Below are positions 16,502 to 26,555 of a DNA stretch of 40,456 bases, piece after piece. This DNA comes from a virus (lineage: Duplodnaviria > Caudoviricetes). The DNA lies in the IMG/VR virus record IMGVR_UViG_3300034171_000184, positions 1 through 40,456 of that record. One strand, given 5' to 3'. Position 1 is the stretch's first letter, and each line of letters begins with the position of its first letter. The position numbers and the translations under genes were made by a program. The notes under the pieces were generated by a model, which did not search any database, had not been told where the DNA came from, and saw nothing but the letters and a program-made list of their open reading frames with translations.

Positions 16502-18383
16502 TGGCTCTCAGTTCTAGATCTGCAACGGCCTCGTTAAAGATCTGGGTGATCATCCGCTTGATGTCCGCCGGATTGTCCTTCAGGTTCGTGGTCTGGATGG
16601 TGAGCTCCTTCACAAAAGATTGGATGTTAAAAGTGGTGTGCTTCTCAGACTTACCAGAACCGGCCACGGTGGCCCGGTCATTTCCTGCCTTAACCACATT
16701 ATCATCGCCATTTAATGATGTTTCAAGCCCGTTTGAACTGCCATTTAATTTTGACGCTTCAGACTGTTGTTCCTGTAGGCTCACTTTGATGTTTTTGCTG
16801 ATGGGCGCTTCCAGCTTTTTGTTCCAGCCTTCCACCGCGCCATTTACCACCGCATCCACGGTGTCAAAGGCACCGGTTATGGCATCAAAGCCCTTGGCAA
16901 GTCCGCTCTTGATCATATCCACATCAAAGGTAAAAATGCCCACGAGCAGATCGCCCACGCTGCCCAGCACGTTCATGGCCACTTCTTTGATGTGCTTAAA
17001 TACCGAAGCAGCGGTACCGGCCAGCGCATTGAGCAGGCGCTGCACCCATTCGGTCTGCCTTCCCCATTCAAACATGGCATTGACCAGGGTCATCACACTT
17101 CCCACCACCGCAAATATCACTTTTACGGTTTCCGCCAGAATATCATAGACCACCGATATGGCAGGTTTGATAAGTTCCCACACCCAAGCCAAGGTGTGCA
17201 TAACATTGGTCAGGAACTCGCCCGCCGCGCCAGACTCGTTAAGTCCGGATATGGCTTCCCATAGCGCACCGCTTACCTTGAGCACCTGAATTTGCATATA
17301 TGCAAATATTTCAGAAAGAAATCCCACAACGGGCGCGGCCTTCTCGATTATCGCGCCTAGATATTCCATCACTCCAGCTGCGGAAACGCCCGCCTTCCCA
17401 AAGGCACTGATGGGCGCAAAAGAGGCCGCAAAGGAATCCCGTACCGGTTTCATGGCAGTCCAGATCACCCCAAGGGCTTCCTTGACCGGTTTTAAATTCT
17501 GTACCAATTCCGAAGCAAAGCCAAAAAGCACCGTGCCCGCCTCAAGCGTGCCGGTGATCAATGGCCGAAAAGCTTCTCCGGAGACACGTTTGAAACTTAG
17601 CAGCGCATTGTTCTTGCGGTTGATGGCAGATTGTACACTCGTTGCCGCTTTTGCCAACCCATCACCAAAGACAGATTTGAGCTGCTTGGCAAACTTGGGA
17701 AGGAAGTCTTCCGAATAAACCTCACCGGTATCAAGCATCTCGTTGAGCTTGCCCTGTGTGACGCCCATGGCATCAGCGGCAATCTTAAATGCCCCAGGAA
17801 TACGCTCGCCCAATTGCCCACGCAATTCTTCCGCTTGCACCTTTCCTTTGGATGCCATTTGGCTCAAGGCCAAAAATGCACCTTCACTTTGCTCAGCGGT
17901 AAGGTTCATAACCGTGGCGGCGGTGGCCACACCGTCAAAGATATCGCGTACGCCCTGCCCCTCAAGGGAAGTGCCCTTCATGGATCCCGTTAATTTCTGA
18001 AAGCCCTTGTAAGAGCTGGCCATATCCAGATTGAGGGTTTTGATTTCTGAATCCAGAAACCTGATATTTTGTCCGCCATCCTGACCACTTGCAAATGCGA
18101 TCGCATTTTCAAAACCTTCAAATTGGGAGGTTACCCGCGTGATCTCATTTCCAAATGCGATCGCACTACCTATGGCAAACACACCCGCAACCATGGGCGC
18201 TACACGCCGTGCAATATTACCTAGGCCACCAAAAGAGCGTTCCCCGGTCACTTTGACCTTCGCGATATTGCGGTTGGTTCTACCCACCGCGTCATCAAGC
18301 CCTTTGGTACCGGCCTTCGCTTTACGAATGCCCACGCCAAAGTTGCGGTCTATAAGTTCAAGTGCGTATTGAAGTCCGTTCAT
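16494..18383 (-). CDS. Tape measure protein
   Basis: ALSQMASKGKVQAEELRGQLGERIPGA tape-measure N-terminal domain; long amphipathic Ala/Gly-rich helices. Confidence 0.92.
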   Translation of the reverse strand: MNGLQYALELIDRNFGVGIRKAKAGTKGLDDAVGRTNRNIAKVKVTGERSFGGLGNIARRVAPMVAGVFAIGSAIAFGNEITRVTSQFEGFENAIAFASGQDGGQNIRFLDSEIKTLNLDMASSYKGFQKLTGSMKGTSLEGQGVRDIFDGVATAATVMNLTAEQSEGAFLALSQMASKGKVQAEELRGQLGERIPGAFKIAADAMGVTQGKLNEMLDTGEVYSEDFLPKFAKQLKSVFGDGLAKAATSVQSAINRKNNALLSFKRVSGEAFRPLITGTLEAGTVLFGFASELVQNLKPVKEALGVIWTAMKPVRDSFAASFAPISAFGKAGVSAAGVMEYLGAIIEKAAPVVGFLSEIFAYMQIQVLKVSGALWEAISGLNESGAAGEFLTNVMHTLAWVWELIKPAISVVYDILAETVKVIFAVVGSVMTLVNAMFEWGRQTEWVQRLLNALAGTAASVFKHIKEVAMNVLGSVGDLLVGIFTFDVDMIKSGLAKGFDAITGAFDTVDAVVNGAVEGWNKKLEAPISKNIKVSLQEQQSEASKLNGSSNGLETSLNGDDNVVKAGNDRATVAGSGKSEKHTTFNIQSFVKELTIQTTNLKDNPADIKRMITQIFNEAVADLELRANA

Positions 18384-18386
18384 TGT

Positions 18387-20858
18387 TTAGTCTTTTGAGT
18401 AAATAAGGAGGCCTTTCCGTTTGGCATCCGCTTCGAGGTTCCAAGTGGCGGCGGTGATCATTGCCGGCAGTTCTTTGGTGAATTTTACATCAATCAGCAC
18501 GCTGCCTTCCGTAAAATGTTTGAAATAGCGATAATAGAGATCGGTGCCGGTCTCGCTCCAGTAAATTTCATCGGCTTTCCCAATGGTGGCTTTCAGGCTG
18601 TTTTGTACCATCCCGTCAAGCCCTTCAAAGGTCTGCTCATCTACAAAGACGGGCAGGCCGTTCACATCGGGAATACTGCCAATACCGCCGTCCTGATTTA
18701 AATCTTTAAAGGCCGTTTTTACTTCGGAAACCGCCGATTTTCCGCCAATATTGGCCGTTTTCTTAAGCCCAAATGTTTTATAGCTAAAATCGTTCACATC
18801 AATGCCCGGCAGCGCCAATCCCTTCAGATAGCTTTGCGAGGCGCTGAAGGCCTGTTTTGAATCGCCCCAGTTGATGTCATGCCCGCTCTTTTTCATACGA
18901 TCCCAACCGTCGGGATCTGCGGAAATACCGTCTTTGATATCGCTGAGCTCACCGTCATAACCTTCAAGTACATCCTCGGCATCACTGCGGCACTTCCAGT
19001 GGTTGGGCGGAAGGAAACGCCAGCTTTCGGCATCATCCTTACGGAAAACCTTCTCATCCAGCGCGCGGCAGATCTCCGTGGTACCATCGTCAATAATGGC
19101 AGAGAGCCGCCAGTAGGGAGCATCTTCACTATCGGCCTGCATCTCGTTATAGCGTGCGGCCATTTGGCTGGTTGCAAATGCCTGGTCATATTCGGTTTTT
19201 AACCAACTCCCGCGATAGTTAGGGAAAAGCTTCACCGCCCGGTTGCGGAATTTACTGAAGCTGTCCACGTCCGGATCCTTGAGGATCTGGTTTAGGTCAA
19301 AGACTTCCTTTTGTGTTTTCTCAACCCCAAAGCGGTGCACGCTAGAGCGCAGGTGGCGCATGGTCAAATGATCATCAGCGCCAAAGCCCTGGTCTATTTT
19401 TCCGAAGCCTTTTTGTAAGCCTTCGAGTAACCGGCCGTGTGATGATTTAAAGCTTTTATAATCCCAGTTTACGCTACCGGTATTGTGAAAGATCTCATTG
19501 AGCAAGCGCTCCTCATCGGGTCCTATTTTATTGACCAAGTTAAAATTGATCACCCGGTAATCTACAGGAGCCGCCCCACGCCCTTTATGGTCGTGGGGCT
19601 TCTTAAAATTTGCCTTATTCTTATTTGGGTCTGGATCTTTGGGATCCGGTTCCGGTGGTTCTGGGTCAGGTTCCCCATCTTCCAGCTCCACATCAAGTTC
19701 GGTCTCGATCTGCTCGCGCTTCACATTATAGCCCAATTTCTTAACTCCCTGAAATATCTTCAAGCGCTCCTCTGGTGTGCTTTCTGCGTTCTCGTTCCAG
19801 ATAAAGGCATCATCTTCACCAAAGGGATAGCCCATATTTCTTAACATCGGCATCAGGAGATCGTTAATGACGAACTCCACCCGCGTTTCATCATCCATCG
19901 TAATAAGATCCTGTGTACTTTCAATAATGCTGCCCGCCTTGGCACGACTGCCCGTATCCTTGGCGGTCTCAAAGTGACCATCAAAGAGTGTGGCCAGCTC
20001 TTCATTACAGGCCTTGCGTTTTTCGTTGAACACATTGAAGCTGTCCCGGCTTTTGGACTCATGAATCTCGAGTTCCACCCCTTCAGGGAATCTTGCCCAG
20101 GCAGCGGTGCCCAGATCTTTTAACCAGCCGTCAATTTCGGCCTGTACCCGTTTATCGTTACCGGCATATTTTGCGGTACGGATGGGAACCCCAAAAAGCT
20201 CCTCAAACTCGTCCCAATTTTGCCAGGAGTGTTTCTTGAAAATGTAAAGTGGTGCGGCCTTATTGAGCAAGCCCAAGAACTTCTCATGGTTGACCCAGAT
20301 CATCCAGCGCACATACGGCTCTTCATCAAAGCGCTCGCCGGTCTGATCTTCTGGGCTCTTTAAGATCTCACAGGTTTCTGGCACCACATGATCCCGCCAC
20401 ACGAGATCCAGTTTTTTGATAAAACCGTTTTTATCCAATTCGGACGGGTACATCAGGCTGTAGCCAAAATACACCGACTCCACCGTATACTTTATAAATT
20501 GATTGAACCAGCTTTTCCGTAAAAGCTTAGTTTTTTCCTCATCGATCTCACCTTCCCCATTGACGATTGCAAAACCTTTGTTAGAAACCCTCAGCTTTCG
20601 CGTTTCCGCCCGCCCATAAATAAAGGCATCGTCAAGGATGTCCTCATAAAGATCAATCAAGAGCTTACGCCTTGGCTTTTCCGTGGCGAAGGCGTACACC
20701 CGTGCCATTTTCCATTCACGGATCTCTTTTCGGTAAAGTGTGCGCTGGCTCTTGATGGCGTTGACCATTTTCAGCACCGCATTTTCATAGTCCTTTTTAT
20801 CGGCGAGGTTGGTCATCTCACCAAATATGCCTTTTTTCCAGTTTTCAAGTATGCTCAT
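18387..20858 (-). CDS. Portal (DUF935-like) fused to MuF minor head protein with C-terminal extension
   Basis: GLLNKAAPLYIFKK..WDEFEELFGVPIR portal motif; Pro/Asp/Glu linker; WLKTEYDQA and PPNHWKCRS MuF motifs. Confidence 0.9.
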   Translation of the reverse strand: MSILENWKKGIFGEMTNLADKKDYENAVLKMVNAIKSQRTLYRKEIREWKMARVYAFATEKPRRKLLIDLYEDILDDAFIYGRAETRKLRVSNKGFAIVNGEGEIDEEKTKLLRKSWFNQFIKYTVESVYFGYSLMYPSELDKNGFIKKLDLVWRDHVVPETCEILKSPEDQTGERFDEEPYVRWMIWVNHEKFLGLLNKAAPLYIFKKHSWQNWDEFEELFGVPIRTAKYAGNDKRVQAEIDGWLKDLGTAAWARFPEGVELEIHESKSRDSFNVFNEKRKACNEELATLFDGHFETAKDTGSRAKAGSIIESTQDLITMDDETRVEFVINDLLMPMLRNMGYPFGEDDAFIWNENAESTPEERLKIFQGVKKLGYNVKREQIETELDVELEDGEPDPEPPEPDPKDPDPNKNKANFKKPHDHKGRGAAPVDYRVINFNLVNKIGPDEERLLNEIFHNTGSVNWDYKSFKSSHGRLLEGLQKGFGKIDQGFGADDHLTMRHLRSSVHRFGVEKTQKEVFDLNQILKDPDVDSFSKFRNRAVKLFPNYRGSWLKTEYDQAFATSQMAARYNEMQADSEDAPYWRLSAIIDDGTTEICRALDEKVFRKDDAESWRFLPPNHWKCRSDAEDVLEGYDGELSDIKDGISADPDGWDRMKKSGHDINWGDSKQAFSASQSYLKGLALPGIDVNDFSYKTFGLKKTANIGGKSAVSEVKTAFKDLNQDGGIGSIPDVNGLPVFVDEQTFEGLDGMVQNSLKATIGKADEIYWSETGTDLYYRYFKHFTEGSVLIDVKFTKELPAMITAATWNLEADAKRKGLLIYSKD

Positions 20859-20878
20859 TGGGGTTTGATTTTATCCGG

Positions 20879-21313
20879 CTAGTAGCCTTCTGAATATTTT
20901 TGGTTGCTGCCCATTTGGGTAAATACACTATCAGTATCTGGATCCACACCTTCGGGCACGTTTGAGATCTCCGGAAGGTTGGGGCTGATATCGCCACGTG
21001 CGACTCGTTTAAGCCAGTCAATGGCCGAATCGTAGCGTATTTGCCTAATTTCCGGCACGTTTTCGGGTGATATGTTGGCGTGCAAATGATAAACGGCCAT
21101 ATCTACCATATACATTACGATCAGGGCGTTGCGGGCTTCTCCCACGGCCTCATAAATAACACCGGTCTGATACCGGTTGCGCAGGTAGCTTTCCATTTCG
21201 GCCTGTGCGGCAAGCTCTGACTTGCGCTGTACTGCGGGATCTTTCTGGATGATCACTTGGCGGATCCAGCCGCGTATTTGAGGATCAAAGTCCCCGTCTT
21301 CTAAAAATGCCAT
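20879..21313 (-). CDS. Mu gp36-like head-tail adaptor (DUF1320)
   Basis: DMAVYHL...RYDSAIDWLKRVARG; probable start MAFLEDGD at 21313. Confidence 0.88.
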   Translation of the reverse strand: MAFLEDGDFDPQIRGWIRQVIIQKDPAVQRKSELAAQAEMESYLRNRYQTGVIYEAVGEARNALIVMYMVDMAVYHLHANISPENVPEIRQIRYDSAIDWLKRVARGDISPNLPEISNVPEGVDPDTDSVFTQMGSNQKYSEGY

Positions 21314-21314
21314 A

Positions 21315-22892
21315 TCAGTATTGTTTATCGGGATTTCTTTCCCTTTGGCCCACGGCCGCGTTATCATCAATTTCATCAAAGGAGAGGTGCTGATGTTGAT
21401 CCAGATAGAACCAAGCGCCCTCATCGGCATCCGGTGAATCATCTGGGGAGCGGTACCCGGGTTCTATACCTTTGACCTGATTATTGCCCTCCACCATATC
21501 CGTATCGTTTTCCTCATCAATATTATACACCACGTTGCCAGAGGCGTACTCCGGTTCCATACGAACCATGCGGGTATATTTATTGGGTTTTTTCCTTGTA
21601 TCGGTGATCACCGCAAGGCTGTATTTTTCCCGTTTGATCACCCGTTTAAGGGCATTCTTAATGGGAGTGGTTATAAATTGCTGCTCCATATACCAGATGA
21701 TCCCCACATTACTGGGAAGTGTCTTTTCATAGCGGATCATAAAGGTGAAAGCATCCTCAACTTCACAACAGCGCGTAAAGCGTTTCACGCAAAACCGTTT
21801 TTGGCCGCGCAGCCCCCAGACCGATATGGCTTTGAAGTCACTGGTCATGGAATTCTCAAAGGAAGGGTCAAAATAACCGATGATTACCTGCATCTGCTTT
21901 AGGTGCGGGATCTTGGCAAACTTGAAATAGTGGTTCTTAAATATCTTCCCGTCCACCGCGTTCTGGTGAAAGAATTCTTTCATCGCGCGTATTGGCCCCG
22001 CCTTTTTCATTTTGCGCACGATTTCTTCAAGCGTGTAGCGCTGATGCCAGGCAACCTTTGCGCTGGTGATCTCGCCATCTACGTCCTTGACGATATCGGT
22101 CAGGGCATAGACCTTACTGTGATAAAGTCCCTCGCGTTTTTTAGCACCGGGACGGGTATCGCCCACTATGTTTGCGAGAATAGAATTGGAATGTATCCGG
22201 TTCCCGCCCATGCAGAGCCTTGCACCCTTAATGCTCAATGCGAAATAAAACGCCCCAAGGATGTTATTAACGACCTTATCGACCCTTTTTGGATTGTTGA
22301 CGATTTCGTCGTCGTCGATGTCGTCAATAACGCCATAATTGGGGCGTTTTTCATTTTTACGCGCTCCCCGTGGTGACTGGTTTCGGCCATAGGCTTTAAA
22401 TCGGATTCCGCCCTTTGTGGTAAAATCGCCATCCTGCCAAGTGCCAAAGTTGTACTGCTCACCAAAGTCATTTGCGAAGAGCTCATTAAATTGTAATTGC
22501 GCCTGTATATCGCTCAGGAGGTTACAGGCGTCAGTATCATTTTTTCCCATCAGCAGCATCCCGGTCAATTGCCCGTGGGCGATGAGCCACATGGGAATGA
22601 TAATGGTGATGTGCACCGATTTTGCATGTTCCCGTGGCCACTCGGCCACGCCAAAGAAGTTGGGGTCTTTTAGGCAGGCATTGGCAAAGGCGATCTGCCA
22701 GTCCGAACAATCGGCATCCGCATAGAGCGGGTAGTATTTCCTGACGAAATAATTATAATCCTTGAGCCCTTTCTTTTTGCGCTCGGCTTGCACCTTTGGG
22801 TCTTCATTGAAGGCCACAGAGGTACTGTTCTGTACCTGGGCACAGAATTCAAGCCATTCGGCATAATCGCGTTTTGTGATTGCCTGCGCCAT
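21315..22892 (-). CDS. terL: Terminase large subunit
   Basis: WPREHAKS Walker A variant, VIDDIDD, YFDPS and DDSPDA nuclease motifs. Confidence 0.92.
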   Translation of the reverse strand: MAQAITKRDYAEWLEFCAQVQNSTSVAFNEDPKVQAERKKKGLKDYNYFVRKYYPLYADADCSDWQIAFANACLKDPNFFGVAEWPREHAKSVHITIIIPMWLIAHGQLTGMLLMGKNDTDACNLLSDIQAQLQFNELFANDFGEQYNFGTWQDGDFTTKGGIRFKAYGRNQSPRGARKNEKRPNYGVIDDIDDDEIVNNPKRVDKVVNNILGAFYFALSIKGARLCMGGNRIHSNSILANIVGDTRPGAKKREGLYHSKVYALTDIVKDVDGEITSAKVAWHQRYTLEEIVRKMKKAGPIRAMKEFFHQNAVDGKIFKNHYFKFAKIPHLKQMQVIIGYFDPSFENSMTSDFKAISVWGLRGQKRFCVKRFTRCCEVEDAFTFMIRYEKTLPSNVGIIWYMEQQFITTPIKNALKRVIKREKYSLAVITDTRKKPNKYTRMVRMEPEYASGNVVYNIDEENDTDMVEGNNQVKGIEPGYRSPDDSPDADEGAWFYLDQHQHLSFDEIDDNAAVGQRERNPDKQY

Positions 22893-23324
22893 TTACTTTC
22901 CGTTTATTTTATGATCAAGGAATCTTCGCTGCATGCTGTTGATCTGCTTGGCCAGCTCTGCATCTTCGCCAAAGGCAAAAGTTGTGAACTCCTTAAAACC
23001 GTTTATGATATTGCTGATGGTCACTTTTCTATTGCTCAGCTTCTCAATACTGTTTGCAATCTTGATCATCTTATCGGCATCGATCACCTCTGCGGTGCTC
23101 AGCTCGTAGGCTTTTTGATAAAGGTTGGTGATGATATTCTGGGCGGTGATCGTGGTGGCCTGTCTGGCCAGATCCCAATCATCGTCTATTTTCCACCGGC
23201 TCACCGTGGCCTCGTTGACGTTGACGATCTGGGCGATCTCCTTCTGTGATTTATCGCTGCTTATATATAGGTCAAAGGCGATTGCCTTCTTATCGTCATT
23301 ACTGAGCCCTTTCTTTTTTGCCAT
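22893..23324 (-). CDS. terS: Terminase small subunit (DUF1804-like HTH)
   Basis: SQKEIAQIVNVNEATVSRWK HTH, directly upstream of terL. Confidence 0.85.
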   Translation of the reverse strand: MAKKKGLSNDDKKAIAFDLYISSDKSQKEIAQIVNVNEATVSRWKIDDDWDLARQATTITAQNIITNLYQKAYELSTAEVIDADKMIKIANSIEKLSNRKVTISNIINGFKEFTTFAFGEDAELAKQINSMQRRFLDHKINGK

Positions 23325-23340
23325 TTATACCAGTTTTATA

Positions 23341-23480
23341 GTGCAAAGATGCTGTATATGTTGGGCGGTGAGCTTATGTCTACTTAGAGACTTAAGTAAA
23401 AAATAAAGTCCCTAAAGGCGTGGGTTAAGGCACTTATTGCCCAATTTTTAGAAGGGGTGCAAACGGCTAATCTTTGCCAC
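23341..23480. promoter_or_regulatory. Divergent late promoter region
   Basis: Non-consensus -7 boxes CATCTTTG (minus strand, 23351-23344) and AATCTTTG (plus strand, 23469-23476); dyad TACTTA-N6-TAAGTA at 23381-23398. Confidence 0.55.
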
Positions 23481-23518
23481 CACATTAAACCCGAAGTGGG
23501 AAACCAAACGAAACGCAA

Positions 23519-24685
23519 GTGTCCAAAAAATCACCCTTTCAATATGAAGTAAACAACAAAGCCGGATCCACTCCGGAAATACTCCTTTATGGGTATATAG
23601 GCCAATGGGAAGAATTTGACTACCCCCGTTTTCAAAATACATTTCGTGAAGCCATAAAGGATAACCGAAACCTCACCATGCGTGTGCATTGCGGTGGCGG
23701 ATCTGTTTTTGAAGGTCTCGCTATCTATGACCTTTTACGCGCTTCGAACTGCAAGGTTCACGTGATCGTTGAGGGCATGGCCGCAAGTATGGGAGGAATT
23801 ATCGCACTCGCCGGTGATACCATTGAGATGACCGAAAGCGCATTCTTTATGATGCACGCAGTAAAAGGTGGTGGTCACGGGGATAAAAAGCACATTAGTG
23901 GTCAAATAGAACTTATGGAGATCTGTGAAAAGCGCATTTCGGCCATTTTTGCGGAAAGAACCACTGCCACTACAGAAATAATCAGCGATTGGTTCAACAA
24001 TGGCAAGGACAATTGGCTGAGTGCCGAGGAGTGTATTGACATAAAACTGGCCGATAAGATCATAAAACCTTCAAAAAAACGCAAGGACACCGGCGCACAG
24101 GCTTCCATTACCAATAAGACAGAAATGGAGGCCTGGGAACTTCTCAATAAGGATGTTAACCTTCCTCAAAAATCAAATACTAATAACAAATCTAAACAGA
24201 TGAAAAAACAGCTAGTAAGCATGCTGATGCTTTCCGGGCTATTGAGCAATTCAATATCCGAAGATACCTCAGAACGTGAGTTGGAGGGTGAGTTGGCAAA
24301 AGTGATCGCCAAGGCAAAGAGTGCCGACGCGCTCGGAACACAGCTTGAAGATCTTAACAACGCCACTGCCACCTCCTTAGTGGAAAATGCAGTAAAGACG
24401 GGTAAGATCATGGCCGCGGAAAAAGAAGAATGGCTCAAGGATGCCAAAGCAAATCCCGGTATGGCAGCACGCGCCTTTGAGCGTATGGCAGGCAAGCCGA
24501 ACCCCAATAATGGACTGGATCGCCAGCCGAAGGACGAAGGCGAAGCCCCTCACGAACTATTGAAGAACCGTAAGGAATGGGATTTTGAAAAATGGCAGCA
24601 AGAAGACCCAAAAGGCCTGGCTAAGCTCAATGACGAGGCCGAAGAGTCCTGGAAGGAATTGTTTAACAAAAAACATAATTCATAA
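23519..24685 (+). CDS. ClpP-type prohead protease fused to scaffold
   Basis: HCGGGSVFEG, GMAASMG, FMMH and WLSAEEC motifs; GTG start; possible internal scaffold start MKKQLV at 24200. Confidence 0.9.
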   Translation: MSKKSPFQYEVNNKAGSTPEILLYGYIGQWEEFDYPRFQNTFREAIKDNRNLTMRVHCGGGSVFEGLAIYDLLRASNCKVHVIVEGMAASMGGIIALAGDTIEMTESAFFMMHAVKGGGHGDKKHISGQIELMEICEKRISAIFAERTTATTEIISDWFNNGKDNWLSAEECIDIKLADKIIKPSKKRKDTGAQASITNKTEMEAWELLNKDVNLPQKSNTNNKSKQMKKQLVSMLMLSGLLSNSISEDTSERELEGELAKVIAKAKSADALGTQLEDLNNATATSLVENAVKTGKIMAAEKEEWLKDAKANPGMAARAFERMAGKPNPNNGLDRQPKDEGEAPHELLKNRKEWDFEKWQQEDPKGLAKLNDEAEESWKELFNKKHNS

Positions 24686-25608
24686 TGGCAGAATTAGTAG
24701 ATGGGGCATGGCTCCAACAGTACGTAGCACCACAGCTGCTCAGCGAATTCAAGAACTATAAAGATGACTTTATAGGCGTTCTTGAGCGTGCCCCCGCGCG
24801 AGCCGTGGATAAAGATGGGATCCGCTTTAACAAGCTGATCAACAACATCAATTTTTACATAAACAAGGACACGTCTTTTGACCCCATCAAAGTTCCCGTG
24901 AAGAAAACCCTTGTGGAATGGGATAAAATGGACACGGATAACACCGAAGTTACCGATGCAGAGCTGCGGTACATGGCATTCGATAAAAATGCAGAGATCC
25001 GCGTTAAACATCGGGAATCATGGCAAATAGGCGTTCGGGACTATGCGATTCAGAAATTAGCGCCAGCCGCTAACGTGGATGGTGCAATGCCCATATTGCG
25101 CACGACCGGTGAAACCGTGGATGGTGGCCGTAAGCGATTGACCTACGTTGATCTTATAACCTTTATGAACCGTCTGGAGCTGTTGAACCTTCCAGACCTC
25201 AAAAAATGGTTTATGATCCTCTGTTCTGAGCACCGTGCAGATCTGCATGCAGACCGAGCCAGTACGCAAAATTACCGCGACCTGCAATTCAGCAAGTCCA
25301 CCGGTGCCATTGAGCGTTTTTTCAAACTTCAATTTTTTGAAAATAACCAGAATGCGAAGTATGATCAAGCCGGGCTTTTAAAGCCAGACGGTGCAGTTGC
25401 TGTAGGTACAGACCGTAATGCTTCCACCTTCTTTTATGCGCCCAATACGGTGTACCACATCGAGGATGTAAAAACACTTTATAAGCCCATGATGGAAGAC
25501 ACGAGAAGCCCAGACCCCAAGTCTGAATTTAGATTGCACGCTTACGGCCTGACCGATAAGAAGCAGGAGTATGGCTTTGGAGCTTTGGTTTCCGGAGTTA
25601 CCGTCTAG
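24685..25608 (+). CDS. Major capsid protein
   Basis: 307 aa, follows the protease/scaffold gene and is followed by a terminator. Confidence 0.82.
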   Translation: MAELVDGAWLQQYVAPQLLSEFKNYKDDFIGVLERAPARAVDKDGIRFNKLINNINFYINKDTSFDPIKVPVKKTLVEWDKMDTDNTEVTDAELRYMAFDKNAEIRVKHRESWQIGVRDYAIQKLAPAANVDGAMPILRTTGETVDGGRKRLTYVDLITFMNRLELLNLPDLKKWFMILCSEHRADLHADRASTQNYRDLQFSKSTGAIERFFKLQFFENNQNAKYDQAGLLKPDGAVAVGTDRNASTFFYAPNTVYHIEDVKTLYKPMMEDTRSPDPKSEFRLHAYGLTDKKQEYGFGALVSGVTV

Positions 25609-25630
25609 ATCAATAATTGAATAGTTAAAT

Positions 25631-25662
25631 AAATGGCCCCTCAAAAGGCAGGGGCCATTTTT
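25631..25662 (+). terminator. Rho-independent terminator after the capsid gene
   Basis: AAATGGCCCCT-N8-AGGGGCCATTTTT. Confidence 0.8.
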
Positions 25663-25672
25663 ATACAAAATT

Positions 25673-26089
25673 ATGTCCCTCACCCGTCAACTGATTATAG
25701 ACCGTATTGATCCTGGCACCAAACAGACCATAGGTAAAGCCTATGTGATAGATGCCAACGGTTCTACCATTTTCGATTGCTGGACACTGGAATTGCCCTG
25801 GAGGCAAAACCAAATAAGAATAAGCTGTATTCCAATCGGTGACTATTTAGTGACCAAACGCTGGAGTAAAAAGTTTGGACAGCACTTTCATGTGCGCGGT
25901 GTAGATGGCCGTACCTACATCCTGATCCATCCCGGTAACTTTTACACGGATATTGAAGGATGCATACTCGTAGGAAGCGATCTAAGTGATATCAATGCCG
26001 ATGGCTTGATTGACGTCATAAATAGCGGCGATACCATGGATAAGCTTTTGGAGCTAATGCCAAATAAATTCAACCTAACAATTGTATGA
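25673..26089 (+). CDS. DUF5675-like protein, probable endolysin
   Basis: TLELPW...SCIPIGDY...ILIHPGN...EGCILVG; adjacent to a spanin-like gene. Confidence 0.8.
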   Translation: MSLTRQLIIDRIDPGTKQTIGKAYVIDANGSTIFDCWTLELPWRQNQIRISCIPIGDYLVTKRWSKKFGQHFHVRGVDGRTYILIHPGNFYTDIEGCILVGSDLSDINADGLIDVINSGDTMDKLLELMPNKFNLTIV

Positions 26090-26553
26090 AAGCGATAATT
26101 ATCATAATACTGACCTTTTTGATCTGCTCCTGCGGGGCCAGAAAGATCGACCTGAGCGAAAAAACCACGGTCACCGATAGCACTTTTACGACTGTGCGTA
26201 CGGTAAAGCGTGATACCATTATCACAGTCCCCGGTGACAGTATAAAGGTGCGTATCCCAATTTATGACATCCAAGAGGTACCGATTACCCGAAAAACAGA
26301 ACGCGCCTCGGTGACCATTTCCAAAGAAAACGACACTCTTATTGTTGATTGTAAATGCGAACAGTACCAGGAATTGATTCGGGTGCAGGATAAAATCATA
26401 GAAAAACAACGGGAACTGATCACAAACCTTCAAAAAACGGTCGTGATCCCAGAAAAATATACGCCCTGGTACGTCAAGGTACTGGCATGGATCGGCGGTA
26501 TAAGCATATTAATCGTAGCGGCAGCGCTGCTCATCAAATATATCAAACCATAA
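26086..26553 (+). CDS. Unimolecular spanin-like lipoprotein
   Basis: Lipobox LICSC, beta-rich middle region, C-terminal TM helix. Confidence 0.7.
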   Translation: MKAIIIIILTFLICSCGARKIDLSEKTTVTDSTFTTVRTVKRDTIITVPGDSIKVRIPIYDIQEVPITRKTERASVTISKENDTLIVDCKCEQYQELIRVQDKIIEKQRELITNLQKTVVIPEKYTPWYVKVLAWIGGISILIVAAALLIKYIKP

Positions 26554-26555
26554 TC

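Noticed and set aside
16501-18372. Long plus-strand ORFs (e.g. 215 aa at 16501)
   Set aside because: Antisense shadows of the tape measure gene with no motifs.
21314-21442. N-terminal extension of gp36 given by the ORF track
   Set aside because: It overlaps terL; the ATG at 21313, just after the terL stop, is the more plausible start.
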